A DNA stretch of 64,000 nucleotides from Fistulifera solaris (Eukaryota). The DNA is taken from the NCBI GenBank assembly GCA_030295235.1, contig AP026164.1:1240001-1304000 (forward strand). Reading direction: 5' to 3'. The notes under the pieces were generated by a model. It made no database searches. It was not told the DNA's origin and was given only the letters and a program-made list of their open reading frames with translations. The position numbers and the translations under genes are program-made. Of the stretch, positions 13,154-23,900 are shown piece by piece; position 1 is the first letter of the stretch, and every line of letters begins with the position of its first letter.

Positions 13154-14912
13154 ATGCCATCGCATCCAGCCCATGCGCGCATCTTCCCGGAAGGGTATCC
13201 TCGATCTCGAGGGCCTTATTTTGCACGACCTCCTTCCTTTCAACATGAGCCTTCTCCTCAATCACCGCGCGCTGGACCGCCTCCAGAGTACGCACCTCCT
13301 CGATGGTATGATCATCAGCGTCCTCGTGAGCAGCAGTGGCAGCCTCCTGCATCCAGTATCCGCGGTCGGATAGCGCACCGCTTCAATGAAGCAGAAGCTG
13401 CCTATCACCATCCGTTAAGACGTCGACAGATGCAGCCTGTAACGGAGAGAGATGCCAATCAAGAGCCGTGGACAGTTCCAAAGCCCAAAAGCAGTGCGAG
13501 AAAAAGTAACACAATCTTGGTAGCGGGAAGAGGACGTCGTCCGACGAAGCATCTGACGAGAAAGCAAAAAAGGAGGGAGACTCTTTATCTTTGCTAGCGA
13601 AGGTTAGCTCGTCTATGGCTCCTCCCCACAAGCGCAAATCAACACAACAGGAGAAGCAGCAGCGTAATGAGGAAAGTGAGGGTGAAGATCCGGAGACGAA
13701 AGATGAGAGGACAAATTCTCCGACAAACGCAACGCCACGAATATCTCGACCCGGTAACGTTTCTCCCATTCAGCCTGGGAATGGATTATATGGAGGTCAT
13801 GTTATCACTCCGTACACTATGACACAGGCAGCTCCTGTTTCTGTGAATATCATGCCAAAGCCAATCACACCAACGGGCCATCCGGCCAACTATCCTCGCT
13901 TTCACGCTAGACCACCTCAACACTACCAAGGAACGCTTTACATGGAAGAGCGCGGTCCTCGCTATTACGGGCCGCCGCCACCACAGCCACGTGGAGTTTA
14001 CTCGAATGGCCCTCCCGCTATGCATCCTTTCTACCATCCTGGCTCGCACGGACCGCCTACATCGCAGCTTTCAAATTACTCAGCTGGGGAACAGTGGGTC
14101 AGTCCAAAGAATGACAGGGGTTACTATCCCCAGAATCCAGTTGTGGTTGAACGCAATTCATTCGATAGCGCAGAAAATCCGGTTACTAGCGCTCCGACTC
14201 AAGAGGGTGAAGGATACTGGCAACCTCCATTTCCCGCAGTGAGTCCGTATCATGGTCGTTTCGATGGTACTGGACCTTACCTTCCGCCTCGTTGGTCTCA
14301 CGAAGGACCGGCTCCATGGGGGTATCATGGTCCTCTCGGCCCTGCACACCCGCACTTGGGAGAGCATACCCTGGAGGCCGACCGTGCTACTGTGTCTCTA
14401 AGTTTCGCTCCGTACACTTACGTCCAACAACCCCGTCTGGAATCGAAGACTCTTCTTCGCAAGAAGTTTTCCTGGAAAAATTATCCAGAGGTACGTCAAC
14501 GTTTCGTCAAATTTTGTGAATTCTGTCAATGTAACTCAAAAGTCATCGTTGTTTCCTCTACAGCTGGAACGCTTCTTGATTGAAAACAGAGAAGAATATT
14601 TAGAACACTCGTCCCGTAACTACACCGTGGCTCAAAAACAATACAACAACATGTTGACAGAGCGACTGTTGGAAGTTGCCGAAAAAGCTGGCTATGCCTT
14701 CGACCAGGATGAGTTCAATTTTGTCTCCATTCGTGACCGAATTCGCTGCTACTACAAGTCGTATGTACAAACAGTTCGAAAACGCGGTCTTCCCTCATCC
14801 TGGTAATGCAAGAGATAGCAAGAAAGCAAAGACTTCTTTGGATAATGGGGGAGAGAACGGAGATGAGGGAGATAGCGATGACCCCATTGAGAATAACATG
14901 GAGAAAGGTTGA
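13154..14912 (+). CDS. Uncharacterised protein with a long Pro/Tyr/His-rich disordered region and a compact C-terminal helical domain, possibly a transcriptional regulator; intron 14491-14563; frameshifts near 13510 and 14793
   Basis: ORFs 13154..13597 and 13591..14583 share low-complexity composition. The intron (GAG|gtacgt...ctacag|CTG) joins RKKFSWKNYPE to LERFLIENREEYL...IRDRIRCYYKSYVQ. Confidence 0.7.
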
Positions 14913-15040
14913 ATCGTAATTTGTCAAGGGAACGTGCAAACCGAACCGAATCGAATCATGTAATTGTAATTTCTACTTGTCGGAATTCTTTCTATGAACT
15001 AACAATCTGAATGTTTTGGTTGATGTTGACAATCAATCAA

Positions 15041-15730
15041 TCAGTCAGCGGACAACTGCATCACGGCGTTCCGAAGTCGTTTCCAGGCATCGCCTCTATC
15101 GTAGCTCCCATCGAGCACAAACTTTGGATCCACTTCCAAAGACATCCAAGCGTCACCATCTTCCCGTTTCATCCCCAACAAACCTTCTAATTCCACTTCC
15201 GTAAATTCGCAGTAGTTAAAAAATACTTTGCAGCTGTTTTCTTTGACCTTTTCTGTTGTTCGAGCAGCGTCCCAACCTCCTTGGTATACACCCGAATTGC
15301 CTATTTCCTCCACTTCCCAATCGGCATGGTCGTGTAATAGAATGATTCCTTCACCCCCGCGATCACCTCCTCGAAAAATTCGGTTCTCGCATAGAGCGGG
15401 TGGGGCGTTGGGCATGGATTCTCCCACGGAAAAAGCCGTAGGGTGGTCGAGGATGAGACCACGGATTAAATAATCGCTCCCGTCTTCGGCTTCTCCCATG
15501 GTATAGATATAGATAGCAGCTTGTCGGTAAAAGTGATGAAACTCTTCAGCGGGTGAAATCAAGACAACACCATTGCGCACAATCGCCTCGGATCCTTTTC
15601 CCAGGAACGAGCGAACAAAAGGGACAGAATGAAGCTGTGAGGAAATGCGGCGTCTCATCAAACCAGGTGAAAATCCATTAATAGCGTGAATCAGAACAGC
15701 GGAAATGAAAAATAAAGGAAAGGACTTCAT
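15041..15730 (-). CDS. DUF179 (YqgE/AlgH, UPF0301)-like protein, probably plastid-targeted
   Basis: LISPAEEFHHFYRQAAIYI...GLILDHPT...IFRGGDRG...KVFFNYCEF..ELE...W resembles the UPF0301 pattern. Leader MKSFPLFFISAVLIHAING-FSP. Confidence 0.7.
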   Translation of the reverse strand: MKSFPLFFISAVLIHAINGFSPGLMRRRISSQLHSVPFVRSFLGKGSEAIVRNGVVLISPAEEFHHFYRQAAIYIYTMGEAEDGSDYLIRGLILDHPTAFSVGESMPNAPPALCENRIFRGGDRGGEGIILLHDHADWEVEEIGNSGVYQGGWDAARTTEKVKENSCKVFFNYCEFTEVELEGLLGMKREDGDAWMSLEVDPKFVLDGSYDRGDAWKRLRNAVMQLSAD

Positions 15731-15842
15731 GACATGGACTGGAACAACAATAATGCTTCCTTGGAACGACAGTTGCCAGAAGAAGAATCGTTTCGTTTGC
15801 GTTGGTGTTAGTGTGGCCGCGTTTCGTTTTTCCGTATTTTGA

Positions 15843-16168
15843 TCATGACTGAAATTTGTACTTGTAGTCGTGGTGCTAAAAACAACATGCAGTCGTGGCG
15901 GAAAAAACACCATAGAAAATACGCAGACAACGTTTCGCAAGGCTTTTCGACCTACAAATATTAAGGCGGGTAGTACAAACGCTGCTAAAGTCTATTTCAC
16001 TGCAATAACGACAAATGGTTTCAAAACAAAAAAAATCTGCTAAACAAACGTACTTGTACCTGGTATTGTAGGCAGCATGGTCGCTCCAAAGCATATGTAG
16101 TCATGACTGAAGTGCAGTCGTGGCGAAAACCAGACAACACTATTGTCTATAGTAAATACGCAGACAAC
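15843..16168 (+). repeat. Imperfect direct repeat in a divergent promoter
   Basis: Three blocks recur in the same order: tcatgactgaa (15843/16101), tgcagtcgtggcg (15888/16113) and aaatacgcagacaac (15917/16154). Confidence 0.7.
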
Positions 16169-16487
16169 ATTTCCCAGACTAAAATAGACTACTTGCTTGG
16201 ATAAATGACAACAAAGAAGTTTGATTTTGTTGTAATCTACATTACAAACAACAAGAGCAGAGAGGCGGATCGAGGGTTTCGATCAGCCCGAGAAGGGGCC
16301 CAGATTTTCTGGGCTGCTGAAAACCCCAAACACGCGGATTTTCTGATTACGTGAATACACCATAATATATCATCACATCGGCGTTATCATTCGGATTGTT
16401 GTGTCCATTATTTTTTTTTTGTGATGCCAGCCGGTGCCAAAAAAAGCTAGAGACCATTCTATCGTATTGACCAACTGAATACAAACC

Positions 16488-17456
16488 ATGACTTTGAGTG
16501 AAATATCCGGAGTTTGGCAACGTCAATGGGAGGAAGATCCTCTCGGAGATGCGGAGAATGCTGATCGAACGACCCTCGTTCTATGGATCCAAACTCCATC
16601 TGGAATTTACGTCGATCTTCGATTGCCCCAGCGTTCCTTGGATCTGCCCAAGATGGCAGTGGACCCCTCGGCAATTGTCGGAAAAGGTGTGTCATGCTCG
16701 AATGAAGATTTAATGGAGGTTCTTTCTTGTCAAAAGTCGTTTGCGGGCATTCTGAATTACGAACATACGAATCCTGATTCATGTGCGACGATCCAATCCG
16801 ATAACGTTCTGGCCAATCTCAATCACGATGGTCCCATTCCTCTCAGTACATGTGCATGGCATCGAATGATTGACTATCAGCCTCCCACGGGTAATCCTGA
16901 CATTGGGGTGTGTTGTGCGAGCGGGCCGATGGGAGCGGATGGTTCCATTGATATCCGAGAAACCGGGTACGATGCTAGTTATGCGGAAGGATGGCATCGT
17001 TTACCCGGAACCTCCAACGGTCCTTTCATGGCTCTGGAATTGATTTCCGAAGAACGAAAAGGATACTGGGTGCGGGCGGGAAATCACTTTGCTTATGCTG
17101 TAGGACGGCCCAAAAACAATCGACTCGCTGAATACAATGTATCGGCTTTGAAGGACTTATCGGAAACGAGCGCCATAAGTATCACTGAAAAAGCAGCAAT
17201 CATAGGCAGTTACGTTTGTGTCGCTGGTAGCATTCATGAGGAAAGTGGCACTTGGATCATTCATCATAGCACACATCCTGAGCTCATTGACTGTGAACTT
17301 GCTGGATCAAGGGAATCGCAGACGGCCTGCTCTTTCCTGGAATGGAATACCGATGAGCTTCTCGAGGAGTCGTTGCATGGAGGCAATGGTTCCAGGTTGT
17401 GGAAAATCGTACAATTGGATGGTTGTGAAGCCCCCGTCAAATTCCGTGGTCGATAA
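16488..17456 (+). CDS. Hypothetical intronless protein with an HRI1-like / bacterial uncharacterised beta-rich N-terminal domain
   Basis: Intact 322-aa ORF. Motifs GVWQR..TTLVLWIQTPSGIYVDLRLP..QKSFAG..WHRMIDYQPP..PDIG..ETG..YAEGWHRL resemble fungal HRI1 and related bacterial proteins (recall only). Confidence 0.55.
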   Translation: MTLSEISGVWQRQWEEDPLGDAENADRTTLVLWIQTPSGIYVDLRLPQRSLDLPKMAVDPSAIVGKGVSCSNEDLMEVLSCQKSFAGILNYEHTNPDSCATIQSDNVLANLNHDGPIPLSTCAWHRMIDYQPPTGNPDIGVCCASGPMGADGSIDIRETGYDASYAEGWHRLPGTSNGPFMALELISEERKGYWVRAGNHFAYAVGRPKNNRLAEYNVSALKDLSETSAISITEKAAIIGSYVCVAGSIHEESGTWIIHHSTHPELIDCELAGSRESQTACSFLEWNTDELLEESLHGGNGSRLWKIVQLDGCEAPVKFRGR

Positions 17457-17926
17457 TACACACGCCCTACAAAACGACCAAATGGGGGAGAAAATATTGA
17501 TGTAGTATCGTACTTTTATGGTATTTCTAGTACGTCTTTCTAAGCATTCATGTCTTTTGAGGTACAATTGTGATGGAGCTTCGCCCTTTCCGACTTCGAT
17601 ATACCTAGCTCCTACGTTTATTGCTCAGTGCCTAGCTCGTTGGGGATTTATTTGCCCGTCGAGGTCTTGGCGGGCCGTGCTAAATAATGTCCTGGATGCC
17701 GGTACGAATCTTCACGCAGTACAAAACTTACAGTAACAGCAACAGTAGACGAAAATTTCCCCGCACCCTCACCCCAATCACAGCTGCGTGCATTTGCTCT
17801 ATATGCAGGGGTATTGCCGCGATAACGCTCAAGTCCATTCTACTGGAAAACATCTCTTGATCTTCAATTTCCTTCAGGTATCGAAGATCAGAGATAACAA
17901 CATTTTCTTAATTACCCGAAATCAAA

Positions 17927-20900
17927 ATGAAAGCAGAAACGACGACAAGCGCTACCTCGCCGGCGACCTCTTCTTCCGGACGTGACCGCGCGATAGAAAT
18001 TCTGTTGGATGAAGACCCATTGGGTAGTTACTACAGAGCCGTTACTGCTATGGTAAGTTCCTTGTAATTTTTTTATCGAATTCGACCTCTTTCTAAGCTT
18101 TAAATCTGGAAATACAGGAGGAGACGATTCCGAACGCTCGTGCGTGTCGACCTAACTTGATCACCAAGGCGGCCCTCGTGGACGAGGCGTTCTCGTTGTC
18201 CAAATATGCGATTGATACGTTGCAAAAGTACGACGAGGCGTACCCTGCTCCGGAACTAACTCCTCTGAACTCCGTCGATGCACTTTCTCGTGAACGGATT
18301 CTCAGTCACTTCCATCGGACCGTGCCCACGCCGCCTGACATGGGTGACACGGAGAAAAGCTCATCGACAACTTCCTTGTCGCCTTCCACCGCTGCGCTTG
18401 TTGCCGCGCTGCGAAAGATTTATGATGATCCGAAAGAGGAAGTAAACAGTGGCGTTTTGGCAACGGAAGAACGAACGTTTGAACTGCGCCGTTTGTTGAA
18501 AGATGTCACGAGTCACCCTGTCATGATTGCGTCAAGTGCCTCCACTCATAAGCAACAGATGGAACATATGATTGCGCTTCTTTGTAAGAAGACCCCTTTC
18601 TATTCCTACGACGACAAAGAACCCGTAGAAGACGAATATTTACAAGGTTTGCTGTTAGCAATTCTGTCGCTGCTGATTTCACCACAAGAAGAACAAGCTA
18701 GTACAAAAACGCGCACACCTTCGGAACAGAAAACAATGTTACAGGTTGCTTCTTTACTCCCTCTTTTACCTGTTTCCAAAAGATGAGGACCAATACGGGA
18801 TGGAACCGGAAGTTCTCGAGTATTTTGGCAAGGCTGCCGCTGTGGCAGTAGAGCGGCTTGAAATTAAGAACGCCCGAATTCTGCAACGCCTGCAGAGTAG
18901 CCATTCTGACTCCGTAGATGAATTAGAAGATGATGAACAGGAAGTGGTGGCCGACACCGAAGTCGACGTCGAGGAAAATGATAATTCACGAAGTAGTGGT
19001 TCGAATGAGGCGTTACAGGAAGCCTTCGAGCAATTTGTGTCTACCATAGCGCACGATACCACTGGTTCAATTGATTACCCTCTGGAAAGTTTAGAACATC
19101 TTGTAGCTTCTGTCGTGCGATCGGAGAAGGCAGAAATCTCTGCAGGGAATCAAGGGACTGACAGTCTTTTTGTTGAAAATCCTGTGGATTATCCGGGCTT
19201 ACATGAGCGGACCGAACAATATTCCTCGTCATCTTCTAACTCTTCAGATTCTGATGAGGATTCTTCCGAAGTCTCGACAGATGGTGAAGAAGACTTGGAA
19301 AATGAAATCGCTGCTGGCGGTGCTAGTGAACATGACGAACAGGCTTCATCTTTGATACTAAGCCATGGATTCGGAATCAGTAGGAACACGTCGCAACGCA
19401 CATTGATTGACATGGAATCGCCAGAAATCGTTTTGGATGTGGAGGAAACCGATGGAACCGTATTAAATGTACGTGTAGTAGAGACATCTGCTTCAAATGT
19501 CGGTGAGGAGCGCGAAGTCTTTTCACATGATTCGTCGACTATGAAGAACGCTTCTGAAGAAGATGAAACGGATCTCCCACCGTTGCCAACGCTTCCTTCT
19601 CAGATGCCTTCATGGCTCTTCGACGGCAATGATTCAGAAAACGCTTTTGACCCCTCTGCATCTACGTTTGGGACGATTCCCGACACTCAAGTCCTTATTC
19701 ACGTACTTCGGCACACCACGCTGTTAATGACACGCCGACGCGCCGATTATCGAGAAGAGAAGGATTCGTGGGGCTGTTTGACGGTTCCAGATGGTGTTGG
19801 GTCACAATTGTTCCCTCCGTCTCTGTCGACTGAACGAACCTTTTCAAAAAGTAAGGACGATTTCATCCTTCATATCCTTGTCACGTCAGTTTTGTACATT
19901 GATAGGAAACGCAATGAATCTATAAAATACCTTCAGAAATCGATCGAGAGAGAAAACAGTCTTGTGGAATCTTCTTCCATGACGTCGGAATTAAATAGCA
20001 CTTTACATGAAGATGCTGCCCCGCTTTCCTCGGGGGAAGAAGATGATCCCGCAGTGGCTCTGGCCATGAATTATGTCGAGGATGATGTCCCATTATCGTC
20101 TGAATCTCTGGAAAATAAGGGATTACGACGAAAAGCTGCTGCTGCTGCGTATGATTCGGCCGCACTTTTGATTTCACGAAAAAAAGAGACAAGAGAATGG
20201 AAAGAGCATGCTTACCTGTATTCTCGGTGTCTAGTCTATTCCCTTCGTCTTCTACGTCTTTTCCTTCAATCAGCACTCCGAGTGTATTCAGGTGAAGATA
20301 ACGACAATTCTGAGGATTTACAAGCTAGAAACTTGAGCAGTGTCGACCTGAAGTCACGACTTCCGAAATCCCTTGCTTCGAAACTTTGTTCGACCCTGAC
20401 GGGTATCATGTCGTGTCAAAGTCACGTTGCTTTTCGTTCGGCACTTGGAAAAGGTACCGAGGCCACTCTTTTTTCTCTGTATACTGAGTCAGTTAGCACA
20501 TGGGGTGATTGTATCCCTCTTCTTTATCCGTCTTTTTCTGCTGTTTATGACTTATTGAAGAATCTAATTCACTCTGTTCGAAAGGACAGTGCATCTGAAA
20601 GTTTTGACAACTTGTGTTTAAATCCCGTGAGTTTTTGTTCTATTCAAGGGGTTCCATCTCATAAAGCTGAAGTGGATGTTCATCGGCTTGAAATTCTGTC
20701 GCGGAGGCTGAGAGTTCAGGACATGTTGGATCTGCTTGTACTTCGACCAGTTCCTTTTGTCAACCAGGCGGAAGAGTCTATGATTGAACGGCTCTCCCGT
20801 AAAGTATCCTTCGATCCACCTCCTGGCAGTTCCATCGTAGCTTTGTTGAGGTCATCTTTAGAAAATCTACTGGGAGCCGCAAGCGAGGTCCAAGAGCTCT

Positions 20901-23900
20901 ACCTTGCTCTGTGCCACCGTTTTCACGCCGGGATACTGCTTATGGACGGCCTCCATATATCAACCAAGATAGACGCAGATGATGCAAGCACGCAATTGAA
21001 TAAATACAAAACCTCTTTTAACGGCGATCACTTGCGTGTCAGCAGCAATCCTTCATCACTTCTCGAATTTGACCCCACCAAATGCGCTGATTCCATTGCA
21101 ATCCTTCCTAATTCCGTGTCCGGAGGTAACAGGTCATCTGTACTTCAAAGAGCGTCGAAAGTATGGGGAACAGTGATTTCGACTCGTCACTTTGGTCCAA
21201 AGACTGGAATTCATCGATGGGCAGTTCGACTCGACAAATGTGAACGAGGTCATGTTTTTCTGGGTGTGGCGACGTCCCAATGTACTACGAAAACATACGT
21301 TGGTGGCGACAAACACGGTTGGGGCATGATCGGGACTCAGGCTCTTTGGCATGACCGACGAAAAGTAAGTAAAGCCTGTGACATAATCTAGTAGTAAACA
21401 CACTCTATTCTCTATTCTCACCTGTTTTCGATCAGGTACGCGGTGATTACGGTTCGACGCTACGATCAGGTGCTATCATCATCGTCACCCTCGATACAGA
21501 CGCCGGGACACTTAGCTTCGGTTTGTGGAAAGACGGTAGCTCTGTTTCTTCCCATCAAGGGGACTCATCCCAGACTGCTTGGTCTGGGAAAAGTGAATTG
21601 AGTTTTGCTGGACATTTGGAGGATTGGGGAATTGCATTTGAGGGGTTACCCTCGATTCTCGGCTTTTCCCTGCCATCGGCTTGTACCAGCGTGATGATCG
21701 GGTCTCACTTCTTAGTGTTATGGAATCCTCAGATAGCGCATCTGGATTTGGCAATCTTTCCCAAAACACAGTGGGCGAGCAATTGTACCCAATTACAGTT
21801 TTGTCTTCACCAGACAGTGATCTAGCAATCCGAGTGAGAAAGTTCAATGAGCAACTATGCTTTGACGGAGTCCGATATGCAACCGAAACATTGCACTTTA
21901 CTTCAGAGAGATTGAACAAGCGGCGTGATCATGTCCTTTTTGCTAGCGTTCTTCCTAGCCTTGCTTCTTCGCTTTGTCTTATCCCCCCTTTGATTCCCAT
22001 CCTTTCCGCAAGATCGGCAATCTTACTCATTCCTCACATTCGGCGATGTCTGGACATGTACTCATTGACGCATCCAGAAAACTATGGTGATATTAAGGAT
22101 ATTGTCGACCCTGTTTCCGAGGGGAAATGGCTAATAAGGAACACTTATGGTGTCCCGGGAAAACATGATATCGTCGAAGAATACTGTGTTGATATTGTTC
22201 ATGAGTCGTCGGGTCTTGAGACAGTCGAATTTACCGGAAGTGGACGAGGCACTGCCGGGGAGAGGAAGAACGGAAGAATTGTCATAACTGGAACTGTAAA
22301 CGGAGCCGCTCTTTGGTTTGTCGAAGAGTGTTTCAATGATAGCGAAGATATCTCCGTCGCCAGCACGTCATCGTCCATTGTGCACGCAAGGATGGGCCTG
22401 AGTGGTGACAAGTTCGAGGGTGCATATAACGATATAAAAAATGGAAGATATGGTCGTGTTGCTGGGATACTGGTCGAACCTCTACCAAAAATTCATAGCG
22501 ACGGTGAAAGGCTTCGAAGACGCTTCTACGCAAGCCAAGTAATGCTTGCAATGGCGCAGTGTCATCTGTTAGGGTTTCTTTGTGAGTCTTTTGATCTACA
22601 ACGTGTGGAGATGTGGCGTCCCCAGTTGTGCCACGTGGTTCCGGAAAGTCGAATAGCCTCTCTGAGTCGAGTTATGGATTTGCCACTATTTTCGTCCTGT
22701 GCGCTTAAAAGTGGTCACTCTTCTCATGGCAAGGTTATCGAATTTCTTCGGTTCGCCTTTCTAACGGAGCTGCCGGATAATGATCTTTGTGGCATAAAAA
22801 CAGGAACCTTAATCGATCCATTACCTGCAATGTTTCATGTTGATGATGATCAGAAATCAGCCTCAACGGTAGACTTTGATAAAATGATTGCCGAATCAGA
22901 TACAAAACTCGTCCATCTTTGTGGGGGTCAGGGGTCTCTGCGATTTCTTTGTCCTGAGCTTTATTTGAAGGTCAGAAGAAGGCTTTTGAGTGTTTTTCTT
23001 CATCACAGTGGTCAACTCGTTCAACATCACACCTCATATGGTGAACATGATCTAGAAGGAGAGCTTGAGTTGCAGTCTATTTGGCGAGCCACTCTAAGGA
23101 TTATCGAGGATGGGTTGCGAAGAGCTCTTTCGCAAGGTGACTGCCACATTTCTCGCCAAAGGGTCGCAGAAACAACCTGTGAGCGTTATTTGAAAATAAT
23201 AGACTTTCTCCTTCTTCTTCATGTGCGCAAGCCGCAAACAATTGAGGCTATTTCTTTGTCAGTTTCTGCCGTTTTTGAGGTGATAATGGCTGATGACGAT
23301 CTTGACTTCGTAAGGGAGAGTATGAGTCTTGCAACTGGGCGAGCAATTCTGAGGCTACTCGCCATGCAAGAAATTTCTAATCTCCTTGATAAATCCCCAA
23401 GGGACAAAACTATTTTGCGAGAAGTAATATTCCTTGCATTCCCCAGCTTTTTTGGGAAGAGGTCGATCTATTGCTTTCGACCTGTTGAGTCTTACAAAGG
23501 AACCTTTCGAATGTGCCTCAAAATTGGATGGATTCTTTTCATCGGGACTTTCTGGTGCGAGTTTACAAGGAAAGACACGATTAAAGGCAGTTGCACTGTG
23601 CATGTATAAGGAACTCGGTACGATCATGGAAGATCTTGTAGATCGGCTTGCATCGGGGGTGGTGCCAGCGTCCGATAGAGATGTAGCCTCTACTTTGCTA
23701 TCCATTCTTCCTGTCTTTGGCTGTCAATTTGAGGTCGACGAAATAGATGATTTTTTGTCTGTCAGCAAAATCATGCAATTGCTTCCAAGAATTCTGCACG
23801 CGTATCGGAAAACTCTTCTCGCATTCGTAGCAGAGCAATCGGTTTCGGAAGGGCTTGTTGGAATTTGCAAAAGAGACTTGTGTATCGCAGTGCTGCGCTG

